Assembly (NCBI GenBank): GCA_973895155.1
Contig: OZ316896.1
Coordinates: 19,518,754-19,582,753 of the forward strand
Source of the DNA: Marsupella aquatica
Lineage: Eukaryota > Plantae > Marchantiophyta
DNA length: 64,000 nt
Direction: 5' to 3'
In this document: positions 23,197 through 36,107 of the stretch, piece after piece
How positions within the stretch are numbered: the stretch's first letter is position 1
Layout of the letters: every line of letters starts with the position of its first letter
The notes under the pieces: generated by a model
What the model was told of the DNA's origin: nothing
Database searches by the model: none
What the model saw: only the letters and a program-made list of their open reading frames with translations
Translations under genes and position numbers: made by a program

Positions 23197-26100
23197 ATGG
23201 ATAAGGATACCTTCATTCGAGTGAAGCTTACTTTTCGGGCCAAATGTAAGCTAGCGAAGTTGGACAAGGCAATCGATACGAGTTTGTTGTCGATGAAGAA
23301 CTTGAGGAAGCTCATTTTCAAATATTTTCCGGAGATTCAAGAAATGGTGGAGCGTCCTCCAAGGACACTAGGTGTATTTTCACCGACCCACCTCTTGACA
23401 ATCAAGTGCAAAGATACCGTCGGAGACTACATTTCCCTGGAAAGTGAAGAAGATCTGGATGCCATGGAATTATTACAGTATAGCAATGTTGATTTCCGCA
23501 TCGAAGTCATTCTGATACCTCCTCCTGCTACTCATATACCTTCCGACCCATCACCGGGAATTTCTTCGAGTCGTCGGTCCGGCAAAGCACTTGTACGCAA
23601 GAGGAAAAGGACTGAACAGTGCCGACAATTCCAATCCGGTTTTTGTAAATACGGCGAACATTGTCAATTTTCCCATGATTTGGCTAAACTTGCCAGTCAA
23701 AATTGGTTCGGCCCCTCAAATGCTCAAATCGAAAGAAAGGATATTGTCACTGTCGAGGTACAACAACCAGCCTCGAGAGGGTCTCGATCACAGGATAACC
23801 TGTCTAGTCCACGACATGGCCATCCACATATTCGAGCCCGTCTTCGAGTTGGAAACCCTGACCAGTTTTCCATGAAACGACCGCGGAAGCGAGAGACAAG
23901 GCAGGAGGCGGACTACAATGACTGGATAAACCATCAGACTGGATTAGACTCTGCAACCAACATTGCGGACATGAGTGGAGAGAACGGTTATCCGATGCTC
24001 TCTAAGTTTGTCAATGAAAGCAATCTTCCCCACACGACGATAGCTCTCTTTGTGAAGCTTCTGGCGCGGGAGGAAATCAGAACAAGCTTGCTTCGGCAGC
24101 AGACCAACAAAATCTACGGAGCTCTGACCGGGACGCCTTTTTTGCTCCAGCTGAATGATCATGTTGCATCTCACCTAGGGATGCTCCCAAGCCTCAAGCC
24201 GCAAGACGTAAGGCCGTATCTGGCATTGACAGAGGAGGTGCAGTCGCGCACAATGGAAGGATGGAAAGAAGTTCCATTGAACGCACTGAAACTGGTCGTC
24301 GCGAAGTTGGAAGAAAGCACCGCCAAGGATGATCTGGTGGCGATTGTGAGTCGTCTGACTGAACAGTGTGAAAGGCTTCAAAGATTGCTCTCGTTGGCAC
24401 CAGCAAACAAAGAACACTTTCAGGTCTCTAATCACTCCGCATAACGCAACTCCCATCATTTTGCATGTCCAGAAAGAATGATTCTGTAGGAGGTTTGAAT
24501 GCAGTCACCCGTTTATTATTCAAGAGACTATAAGGTACATTTCAGAGGTAAACCGTGTGAACATTGACTTTAGACAAACTTCGGTTCCTTCCCCTAAATT
24601 TACTTGTTCCTTAGCAGATGGGCTGATTTTGGTGCTCACACGATTGAAAGAGATATAACGACTGGTCCGCTTATGGTTGCAGGGAGAAGATTTTCGAAAC
24701 ATATCAATCTTGCCCGGTAAAGAAGAACTTATAAACTTCCAAGGCAAGAAGAAGCTACCTGTGATTGGCATCGGTACTCAATACTCAAGAGTCAGCGATT
24801 ACCTTGCAGCTCATTTTCGGCTTCTGAGAGAAGACTGTATTGGTCCCCTCCGACAAGGAATCAAGAGATGTCGTAGCAGTCACAAGAATACAGGCAATGC
24901 TAGTATGCTGGATTTGAGAATTTATCTAGGAGTGCATGTTGCTGGCATCAGATGTGGCGATGAGGGAGTCGAATTCGTCGTATCTTTCCACCTTCCTGCA
25001 AGTGATGAGCAGACCGCAGAGAATTGGGAATTGTCCAAGAAGTTGATGTTTGGAGCCCTTCTGTGCATTTCATCCGACCAATACAAAACATTCTTTTGGG
25101 GAGTTGTGGCTCGGAGGAATGTGACGGAACTAGCAGAAAGACTGGTCGGTATTCGTATCATTGGGGATTGTGATGCTAGTTTCGAAGAAGGAATCAAGAA
25201 GGGGCGGGCTTCAACCGAGACATATGTCATGGTAGAGTCAACTGCTTCTTATTTCGAAGCATACTACCATGTACTCAAGACATTGCAACGAGAGGAGATG
25301 GAAAATATCCCATTCACTCCATATTTGCTTCACTTGGAGCCCAGTGTCGGCCCACCATCATACTTGCAACGGAGAAAGGGTGGCGATGAGTACGATTTCA
25401 GCTGTGCCTTCCCTGACATTCACGAAAAGCTTGGTAAGAGATGCATTCGAATTACGCAGTCTGAGTGGCCGAGCGGCTGGGCAGATTCTCTGGATAGAGC
25501 GCAGCAGGACGCTTTGAAGCAAGGGTTGACAAAAGAGTTGGCCATCATTCAAGGACCTCCTGGGACAGGTAAAACTTTTCTGGGGCTCATCCTCGTCAAG
25601 ATATTGCTTACCAACCTTAAACAGAGCCCAGGTCATGAGTTAAACGAATTCAACGTTGAATGGAGCCCAGGTCATGAGTTAAACGAATTCAACGTTGAAT
25701 GGAGCCCAGGTCACGACTTAAATGAAGTTCGCCGGAAGTGTGCTGAGGCGGACGAAGAAGCATATGACTTGAGTGGTCCAATTCTCATCATTTGCACTAC
25801 CAATCATGCTCTAGATCAATTCATGGAGGGTATCTACCGAGATGGAGAGAGAAACTTGATCCGCATTGGTGGACGAGGCAACAGCGAGTTATTGCGGGAC
25901 AAAACCTTGCATAATCTTCTCAAGGTGCAAAAAATGGATCGTGGAGAGGATAACAACCACCAACGTCTCCTTGCAACAGGAAGGCGTGACAAAGACGAAT
26001 TGGAATCCAAGATTCACAAGTGCATATATGCCTTGGGGTTGAAAATAGTGCCAGATTCCATGCTTGATGGAATTGCCACTTCAGAGCAGAGGCAGAGTTT

Positions 26101-29100
26101 GTTCCGGATAGATCAAGCGCACAACAGGTCATCCGGAAAAACGGTACTAGAAATGTGGCTCACTGAGACCGATCCCGACATGGCTCAATACTTTCTAACT
26201 ATTGATCGAGACGATCACCAGTCAGAGGGCAATGTGTCAACTGCCACTGGATTGTCTGCAAAGAAGCGTTTGAGGGGCCTGATAGCCCTCCTACCGAAGA
26301 CAGATGCTAATGAGGATACGAAGTGGAGGCAAGTACGTAGGCGAGGAAATCCAGGTCCCTGTCGAGTTGCAGGACGTCAACATGCTCATGTTCCTGTTGG
26401 ACAATTGGAACTTATTAACCCAGACGATGATCGGAATTTTCGGGTGCTTGACATTGCAAACGAGGGACACCCAATCAGGCGCGCAGACAACAACCCAAAT
26501 CTGGGTGCTCACTTTGCACATAATGAAGTTCCAATCGAACAAGCAGTTCGCTTGGCTCCAGATGTATGGCAACTTACTCTCCCGCAACGGATGATGTTGC
26601 ACGAGCATTGGCTGGCAGAGATAAGGAGGGTCCAGGGACAAGAGTTGAGTACGCTGAGAGAACAATACGAGGAAGCTTGCAAGGGCGTCAAGGAAGTAGA
26701 AGACGAGATGAAACTTTCCATATTGCGGCACGCGAAGGTGGTTGGCATGACCACAACAGCAGGTGCCAAACACCACGACGTGTTGCAGTCCCTGAAGCCC
26801 GAGGTTGTCATCGTCGAGGAAGCAGCAGAAGTACTTGAAGGTCACATTTTGGCTTGCATCTGCCCGTCCGTCAAGCACCTGATTTTGATTGGTGACCATA
26901 TGCAGCTAAAACCATCAGTGGCAGCTTATGAGCTAGCCATAAGGAACAAATTAGACGTATCTATGTTTGAACGTCTCGTCAGGAGTGGTGTGGAGCACGT
27001 CACCCTGCAAGAGCAACGCAGAATGAGGCCCAATATCTCGAAATTGGTGAGAGGTCTCTATCCCGGATCGAAAGATCACGAGTCAGTAACTCTGTACGAA
27101 GATGTATCAGGAATGAAGTCGAATGTGTTCTTCTTTGATCATAAGGCAGAGGAAGATTACAACCGTAATACTGCACAAAGCAAGGTGAATTCTGACGAGG
27201 CTATGCTTGTTGTGGAGCTCTGTTTGTACCTTTTGAATCAAGGCTGCTATAAGCCGAAGAACATTGCGATCCTTGCCATGTACACGGGTCAGATGCGAGA
27301 GATAAAAAGGCTTCTTAAGCCAAGGATTCTCAGCAGGTTTTCTGTGAACGCAATCGGAGCGCAGCCGTACCAAGATCCAGGAGCAGAAGAAATCGACCTC
27401 CTTCCTCGTGTCAGCAGCGTGGATGACTATCAAGGTGAAGAGAGCGACATCATAATCTTGTCACTAGTGAGAAGCAATGTCATTGTCACCAAGGGAGGAG
27501 GTGTAGGGAAGATAGGATTTGTGAATGTTTCCAATAGAATATGTGTGGCCTTGACAAGGGCCAGAAAGGGTTTATTCATCTTCGGGAACGCCGATCTCCT
27601 CGCCGAGAAAAGCACATTATGGAAAGACGTAACAACAAGTATGCGGAACAGTGGAGAGCTCGGTTCCCAGCTGGAATTATTTTGTCGAAACCACCCTGAA
27701 ACCATAACGAGGATTTCAAGAGCGCAGGATTTCAAGCAGGTCGAAGATGGAGGTTGCAGTTTACCTTGTCACTTCCAATTACCTTGTGGGCATGCCTGTC
27801 CCAGGCGTTGCCATCCCGCATCCCACGATCGGATCTTATGTCTCAAGCCTTGCTTGAGACAGCACGATAGATGTTGTCACTCGTGCAATCTTCGATGCCA
27901 CGGATCTAAAGAGTGCCCTCCTTGTAAAGTTGTTGTCACGAAGAATATGCCGCACTGCGAACATGAGCAAGGAATGGAGTGCTCGAAAGATCCCACTGAA
28001 GAAGTATGCAAGAGTGTCTGTGGAAAGAATCTGGAATGCGGCCACCCGTGTAGCAGCATGTGCGGAAGGCCATGCACGAAATCTTGTGCAGAGAAAATAA
28101 TGAAAACGCTGCCATGTGGGCATTCCGCCAGGATGGCATGTCACCAAGACCCAGGGACCTTCTCCTGTGGCAAACCATGTCAAGCACTCCTCTCAGACTG
28201 CCAACACCGATGTCAAGGGACTTGCGGGAGCTGTAAACAATGGGAACTTCACATCCCGTGTCAGCAAAAATGTGGCCGTACCCTTCCGTGTGGTCATCCT
28301 TGCGAAGCTGGGTGCTCTCTGAGCTGCCCTCCATGTCGTAAGAGATGTCAAAAGAAGTATTTCCATAGCAGATGCTCGGAATCATGCGGAAATTTATGTA
28401 CACCTTGCCAGGAACCAGCTCATGGCAGTGTGAGCATCATAAGTGTGAGAAAAGGTGTCATGAAATTTGCGCGAGACCTCGGTGCGACCTTCCGTGTCCT
28501 AAGCGCTTTCGAAAGTGCGGTCATCATTGTATCGGCCTGTGTGGCGAACCGTGTCCCGACAAATGCCGAGTTTGTCACCCTCAGACTCTCGACGTCATAA
28601 TGAGAATGACTCTAGAAGAATACGAAGAATCTGATAGGTTTGTTCAACTTCAAGACTGTGGTCACATTTTTTAGGTTAGCGGCCTTGACACTTGGATGGA
28701 CTCGAATGAAACAACTCAGGTCGACGGCTCTGTGGCTATCAAATTGAAGGAATGGTACGTTAAGTTTGCTTTGCCTTAGGATTTGTAGGTATTTGAATAG
28801 CTTGCAATTGGACGTTTGCAGTTCAATAAACTTTCCTGGGAAAATGCTTTATCAATTGACTGAAGTTGAATGTAAGTATCCCTCGGCTGTCGCCCTCGTA
28901 GACCAAATATAAAGCTTCTTAGAGTTCATGTGGAGAATTTTCTTCTGGCACAGTACATATATGCTCATTAAATCACATCTGAAACGCTTTTGCAGTCCCG
29001 AGTGCAGAACTTCAGTTTGGCGAACGCACAGGTATTCCAATGTGGTCAAAAAGAAGCATTCACAAGTGGAGGCTGTCAAGGAGAAGGTACTTGGACACGC

Positions 29101-29776
29101 CCTTGCAAAGAAAGGGCATGTTTTGTTTAAAGAAGGAAATTTCATGGGTGCAGTACGTGCGTTCCACCAAGCATTGCAGAGGAACCCGGATTTGCTGGAG
29201 GCTCAATTGGCAATTGGCATGGCTTTCTTCGAAAGCAATGCATATGACAAGGCAATCACACACATGAGCTTCATAGTTGAGCGAAGTTCGTTCGCAGCAT
29301 CACTATCAAAGCACATCGAAACTGCTCAGGGACGCGGTAATGCTTCTGGCCTCCTGGACAAGCACTACCGTAAATCGTCGCGACGAGCGGGGGATCCGAT
29401 CGCGATTCAAGCAGTGGTGCAATGGGCGTCCGCTCTCACGGAAAGGACAGAGTTTACTAGCGCGATAGAGCTCTGCGATGCCGTACTAGAGAAAGATCCT
29501 GAGAACTGGCTCGCAAAAGAGATCAGAGAGAAAGCACAGAAACAAGAGATCCAGCTGGTGGTGCAAGCCATGGCAGCAGACGTAGGAGCGCGAGGGCATT
29601 GGTACACTTGTCCCAATGGTCATTTATACACCATTGGGGAGTGTGGAGGAGCCATGCAGGGTTCAAATTGCCCGGACTGCAAAGCTGTCGTAGGAGGGGG
29701 ACAGCATCGACTCGCAGCAGGCAACAGTCACTCAAACATTGATGGATCTGCGAGTGCTGCATGGCCTGGGAATTGA
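23197..29776 (+). pseudogene. ZNFX1: ZNFX1-like copy 2, disrupted before the RING/TPR/RZ end (pseudogene or C-terminally truncated protein of about 1714 aa ending at 28600)
   Basis: Exons 23197-24423, 24683-28754 and 28996-29776 are colinear with copy 1. There is a 1-bp deletion after 28417 (ggaacca-gctc versus ggaaccatgctc) and TAG at 28672-28674 replacing GAA. Helicase motifs are intact, and the CCCH finger CRQFQSGFCKYGEHCQFSH at 23620-23676 is intact. Confidence 0.88.
25624..25730 (+). repeat. In-frame 39-bp tandem repeat (SPGHELNEFNVEW x2 plus partial) after Walker A in copy 2
   Basis: gagcccaggtcatgagttaaacgaattcaacgttgaatg at 25624 and 25663, with a partial diverged unit at 25702. Absent from copy 1. 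Confidence 0.95.
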
Positions 29777-30864
29777 GCAAACAGTTTGACGATCTTGTCT
29801 TGTCATAGACGGTCGTTGTATGTGTTTTTGAGTGGGTATACCTCGATGGACATTCGAGCATTGATGGATCCGACCTTTGATTGATGGATCAGAAGAGAAG
29901 ACAGAGCATCCTGTCACAACGTTCGATATCTGTACACAGCCAATTTGAGGAGCTTCTCTACGGTGAAGCTCAGCATATCTTGTCTCATATCGATGCAAAT
30001 TGGGAGTAATGCTAGAGTTCTAATGTTTATTTTGGTGGTGGAGTATTGGTATGGGTAGACAGAGACGTACTGACAAAAAGGAACAAGCCCATCATCGACT
30101 ACGTGACATGACTGGAGAAATTGAAAAATATGTCCGAATTGACAGGATGGTAGGAAAAGAACAATGGTAGGCAAAGCACAAATAGACTAACTAAGAGAGT
30201 TGGCTAATCTTGTGCTGGTTGCCGGCCATCAATCCACCAAAATCTAAAGACAGGCAGGAGTCTACGGAAATTCATTACATATGCATTCATGAGCTTATGT
30301 GTAAGGGCCCGGGCGACCTGAACTGATGGCTTGTTCCTTTTTGTCAGCACTCTTCCGTTGAATATATACTTTCCTAGCCCCAGTTTGTACATATGTGCTC
30401 CACAGTGTTGGGTGAGATTCACGTTTGAAAAAAGCAATGGTGAAAGACTTTTAGACTGTGCAACTCTGAGCTCTCTCTATTAATATATACTTAGGTGATT
30501 GGAATGAGTCAAGCAGCCAATCCAAACCAGAAGCGGTGGTTTGGTCTGAGCCAGCTTTTGCAGCTGTAACCTCCACTGTTGACTCATGCAACTATATGCA
30601 GCAGTCAATCGGAAGGAGTGCACTCTTAGATTCAAAGTACTGTCCAGATTCTAAACAATCTGTTAGAGGCCCTGAAAGAAGACTGTAAGACAAGCCCTTT
30701 TTTTTTAATGGCGAATTTTCCCGAAATTGCACATTCCCCAAAAGTCTTCGCCAGCTCTGGCTAAAGTTGGCTAGTTGTTCTATTAATGGCTCAATTCCCA
30801 CCTAGTCGCAGGCCCCATTAGCCAGAATCTAATGGTCATTTTTAATCTAGGGATATCTATTGGT

Positions 30865-30980
30865 CAGAAATAATTTTCAAATGTCACATCATATAAAGAA
30901 TATGCTTAACATATTCTCCTTCACAGAGAAATAATTTGCTAATGTCACATAATATAACGAATATGCCTAACATCTTCTCC
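30865..30980 (+). repeat. Diverged tandem duplication, 2 x ~62 bp
   Basis: agaaataattt..aatgtcacat.atataa.gaatatgc.taacat.ttctcc occurs twice. Confidence 0.75.
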
Positions 30981-30989
30981 ACACACCTG

Positions 30990-32300
30990 ACATTCCACTC
31001 AGTCTGGCTAATAAGGAATATCCTTAAAGATTAGCCATTACACTGTATGAGACTATCCTTAACTCTTATTCCACAGAACAGATGCTAATTTTCAGATGGC
31101 ACATATTAATGAGTTAGATCTGCCTCGCACAAGAGACAAAGAGCTCTGAAGTATAAGCCCAGACTAAGGTAATGGTTCTCACAAAACTAATCAATTCTTG
31201 ACATTTAGATCCATTCCCTGGGACAAAATTTGCGGGTACCCGGGCGGGTACCTTGCATATTCTCCTAAATTTGTTGGTCGAACAGAGGGGTTAGAGTGAG
31301 AGACAGTTTAAAAAAATTCCCTAAACGATAGGGGCTCCAAATTTGGAGTATGTTGTCCCAGTGTTGCCCATAGAGGATCTCAGTTTTGTCAAATGCAAAA
31401 TAATTATTTTGTTCTTAATGCCCTTTGTGATGTTTCTCTTTGTATTTTATAGGGCATTCTCGAGCATAAAGCACCAGTGAAGATCTGGAACACCTCATTA
31501 GAAATGAAATGGTCTCTGATAGTCCGTGATGATTGGTGTAATTTGGCAGCTTTATGGTAACAAACCCTTCAAGGACATCATCAAGATAGTGGCAACAATA
31601 CAGCGGCATCCCAAGACAGTGGTCATGACAAAGGAGCCAAATATGTTGCTTTGAGCTTCATCTGATACCTTCTTCCCCCTTGCTATTGAGATATTTGGGT
31701 GTCTTCATAATCAATTCAATGGGCTACCACAAGCTGCTTGTGATATTCAGGGTCGAATGGGTCCTACTGGACCCCCCTATCCATCTTGACCACACACTAA
31801 GTATCAGCGCATTTTAGTGTCCTTTGGTGGACCTAGGTTTTTCTTCAGAAAGATTTTCCTCTACTTTTGCTAAGTTGTTGGAAAAACTAAAAATCTCTCG
31901 GGGCTTCAAGTGTACAATAAAGTCCTGTATCCAGAGTTTGGACAATAATAGTCGATCAAATGTAGGGAGCTCAAGGTGTAATTTGTTTTGGGGAGCATTG
32001 TATCCACTTCTGAAGAGGATTTTAGTGTATACATAATGCCTGGTGATTTAGGGAAAAGATTTTTGTGAACACTCTCACACGCCACCAAATAGTCATTTGG
32101 GAAGACAATGCTGCATCTTACTTTATAAAAAGAGGGTCATTCTTGTCTCCAATAGAAATGGAACATTCTCCATTGACATGGGCAACCTGGTTTAAGGGGA
32201 GAATGCTTTGGCAAGCTTGCTTTAAAAGGATTAGTCTCGAATGGAGTAAAATGTCAGAAGCAGCGTAATTGTAGAGCTGAATGACAACCAACTTCAAGAT
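30990..32300 (-). mobile_element. Possible highly decayed LINE ORF2 (EN-RT linker / RT start) remnant
   Basis: Broken minus-strand fragments resemble LINE ORF2 motifs in the expected order (GEE-x-SDE, ..EFF, RTITL like RPITL). There are many stops and frameshifts, so support is weak. Confidence 0.3.
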
Positions 32301-35300
32301 GAATTGCAGATCAATTAATTAAATTACTTTTCAAGGGCTAAAAGTACTCCAACCTTACTTGGCGCTAGTACCTGTAAAAAGTACCTTGTTAAACTTCAAA
32401 ACAACATAAAAAAAAACCAACGAGTTTTGTTTTGAAATGCAAACTAAATAACATTTTGCTCTAGCACTACGAGAGCTTGATGGTCGCTCTGGTAAACAAA
32501 TGCGGACTCTTAAAAGATCTGCAGTAGACTTATTGCTCTTTGAAGTATGCCATCTACCATAAGTCTCATTTGAATGATCAGTCTAATCTTCTTGGGCATG
32601 ATGTTATGTCTACCCTAGCATCTACGTAGAACACTCACATTTGACAGGGACCCCACTGACATGTTCTCCCATAATTAGTGCTGAATTGAGGGTCCTTTGA
32701 TCCTCCAAAAATTCCAATTATTTTGTAAGTTACCTAGATCTACCTACACACACCCATGCCAGTTGGGATTTAGGATGCAGACCAGTGTCCGTGTTTTTTT
32801 TAATGCAATTCTTAATTTTGTCTAAACCCACCTCGAGCTGGATCCCTCACTGGAAATTTTGGCGGAAACTTATAAGAGCATCTCCACCGGGGCCAGCAAA
32901 TAGCCCCATAGCCTCCATTTAGGCATCTGGCGATTTCACATATGTGGGCAGGACATCCCACCGGCACCCTGCAACCCCTAAACTGATGGTGGCCCACCAA
33001 AAAGTTGCAGATCCTGACCGCCAGATTCATATGCGTTGGCGCTCAGCAAATGTGCCCCCATTTTGACCCCCAGAAGGATCGACGGATTGAATGTGTACAC
33101 TGGGCGCAATCTGGCTCAAGCTTGAGTTCCCGCTTGGAGAGTTTCCTGCACTCGACAAAGATTTTTGAGCAAATTTTGCGGGGTGCCGGTGGGGATCTGC
33201 AAGGAGGGTCTCAGGCCAGAATCCTTCAGACCTGAATAAACGTGAGGTAATGTTTTGCGATAGGGGCCACGAGTGCCCGAATGGGTGGAGATGCTCTAAG
33301 TCTTCCACTTGGGCCTGTGTCCCCCAATGCAGGTGTAGTAGGGTATGGGGTGTTCACCACTTCATTCCACTGGCCTGCATTAGCTGCATTTTTTATCCTC
33401 AGTTGGGTCAGACTGAGACCTTTTCCACTTCCCAAGTTCCCAGGGATAGCCTTTGCCAATGATTTCATTTTAGGACACTTTAGGGCTAGCAAGCATCTGT
33501 CAGGTTACGTGTATATCAAATGCTATAATATGCTAAAAGCTTATATGTGCATTCTGTTTACAAATTTGAATAATGAGAGAACATGATTGGGATACCTTTG
33601 GACTGACTGAAGCGGATACCCTTGAATGCTCCGTCCCACCCTCCCACTCCCTCACCTCGGGCCTCGCCCTCCCAAACAGCATTGCTTTCACAACAACAGC
33701 GACAGCACCTTTTAATTTCAAATCAAATACTATAACATACTTGCTAAGTATCCTGCCCAAAATTTTCCTTGCACTCTATTTACAAACGTTAAAACTGCCT
33801 CGAAAACGGCAGGGAACACCACACTCGGGTCAGATGTATTCCAGGGTTTTGACAACCTCGGATTGACTGAAAATGTGACCAAGAGATATTCTTGCCTTTA
33901 GAATAAGTAGGTCTAGGAGATCCTCAAAATAGCAAGGTACTGACTGCACTTAATGTAAGCATAGAGTACTGTACATAATATAAGTTTTGGAAAGTAGCCC
34001 TTACGTGAGAAGCTATTTGCTTTTTGACATGAAATTTATTTTTCCATTGGCAGGGTTTAATTGTTATTTGCTTGATTTTTTCTCTCTTATTTAAATCATG
34101 CTGGAGGGAATAAGAGGCTGGGGAGAGGAACACTGTGGGGTGGGAGGGAGAAAGAGCAAAAGGAGCAAAGGGAGTGCACAGCCAGAGGAAAAGTAAAAAA
34201 AAAGGAAGAAAGGAAGAAAGGAACCACTTTCTCCTCCACATGATGCAGAGCTACCAAGCCTGGACGATGCAATTACTTGCCATGCTTAATTCCCTTTCCT
34301 CACTTTACCTTGCTTAAATTTTGTTTGCCTTGCCTTGACATCTTTGTCTCACCTCAATATCTTTTGGGTCTGCACCTGCATTCATTGGGCTAGTTCCTCA
34401 TAATATGAATTGTTTGGTTTCCAGCAAAATTCCAACTCCTCCCCCCTGCTTGACATGTGCCTTCAGGAAATTGATTACTTGAGTACATTCTTTGTTGTTT
34501 GCTGCAGCAGAGTAAACTGTCTTTTGTGTGTTTCTAAGTTATGAGATGGTAGGGTGCAATTGTGAAAATCCATTGCTTGAGTGGACTACTCTCCAGTGGT
34601 CTACTACATAATCCCACCAGATCAGTGAGGCTCATAGCAGATGGATCTTGGAAATTCAATATGCAAGTTAGAGTGGAGGCAGCATCAAGCTGGAGCTTAT
34701 AGTCCGAGCATTTCTATTGCATCAGATTGTTTATTTTCAAACCTTCTCTAATCAAAGCCTTTCAGTGTACGTTTGTTTTCATTGGGACTATTAATGCGAA
34801 GGGAAGGTACGAGCAAAAGGTTAGTACTGTCTATTTGTTTAATTTAAAGATTGAAGGTAGTGAGAATTAAAATGCATGTTCAGCATGTCTCTGGAAGCAT
34901 GCTGTGAGGGGACAGGCATAGCAAAACTCCTTGATTTACAAGTTGAATGTTCCTGATATCTAAAAGACATGCCTATGTAACTATGTTTTTTCTTTCCTCA
35001 TCAATGTACCAATTAAATTTTTCTAGATATTATGCTCTAACAATTGTCTCCTTTTGTTGACCTGTTCTTTCTTTGTCCTTACTTTATTGTACATCAAAGT
35101 CTTTATCATATATATTTAAGATACTGTATAATGGACATTTGTAAACTTTTTCCGAATAGGTTAAAATATAGAGGATCTTTATCAGTACTCCTGAACACCG
35201 TACAATACGTTTTGTTTGTGAATAAGCTTAGTAACGGGTGCTTCGTGGCGAAGTGGGCTCCTTCACCAAATTGTTATCCATTCCCAATCTTGTACGATTA

Positions 35301-35364
35301 AAAGCTTGTGGGGTCCTAGGCTGAGGCAGCCTTTTGTCAAAATGAGAATAGCTTATATTATTAC

Positions 35365-35879
35365 CAGCATTTTACTAACCTGTCCCCAAATCACCCAAAT
35401 TTACTGACTTGCCCCCAAACAAATTTATTTATCATCTTGCCCTCAATTTCGTATGTGGGTTAACTGTTAAGTCACAATCGGGTTTAGGGTGTAACATGGC
35501 TAGTAGCCATAGGCTGAGCTTAACTCACTTGGCTCTCCTTTAGCCCCCCTTCCCTTCTTCCCTGCCCGACACCATCGCAGGCCTTCCCCCTCCCGGTCGT
35601 CCCTCCCAAAAACTGGTCGCCCCTCCAAAAGTGACCCTCGGGAGGCAGCAAATCATTTTGGGGATGGCATGGAAGGGCGACTCTTTAGCGGGGTCGCGTT
35701 TTAAGTCCTCCCAGGCCTGCGATGGTGTTGGGCAGGGGAGAAGGGAAGGGGGGCTGAAGGAGAGCCCGGCAAGTTAAGCTCAGCAATCGCATCCAACTGG
35801 GGCAAGGTGATAAATATATTTGTTTGTGGGGCAAGTCACTAAATTGGGGTGATTTGAGAGACAAGTTAGTAAAAAGCTG
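35365..35879. mobile_element. Foldback MITE (Mutator-like) about 230 bp upstream of the P450 start codon
   Basis: Outer TIRs cagcattttactaacctgtccccaaatcaccc... and ...ggggtgatttgagagacaagttagtaaaaagctg (~80 bp). Inner inverted repeat at ~35513-35584 and ~35714-35784. Near-9-bp TSD atattatta(c) / atattattc. Confidence 0.85.
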
Positions 35880-36107
35880 ATATTATTCATTTAGCTTGAC
35901 GAAGGATCGAGGTCAAACCACTTCTGTACAAAGGTGCACACGGTCTTTCGTAGTACAGAACACTTGAGGAAGTCTAGTGGACTCTTGCTTCCAAGTCCGC
36001 ATTGGGTGACATGTGATACAACACGAATGGGCGCTTACAGATCTCGGAGTGTATAAATTCTAGAAGTGTTGTGTGGGAACACACTCGCGTTTGCAGTTGC
36101 CGTTGCT

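Noticed and set aside
32760-33500. Cluster of short overlapping ORFs in a moderately GC-rich patch
   Set aside because: No recognisable domain or splice structure. Likely a decayed repeat.
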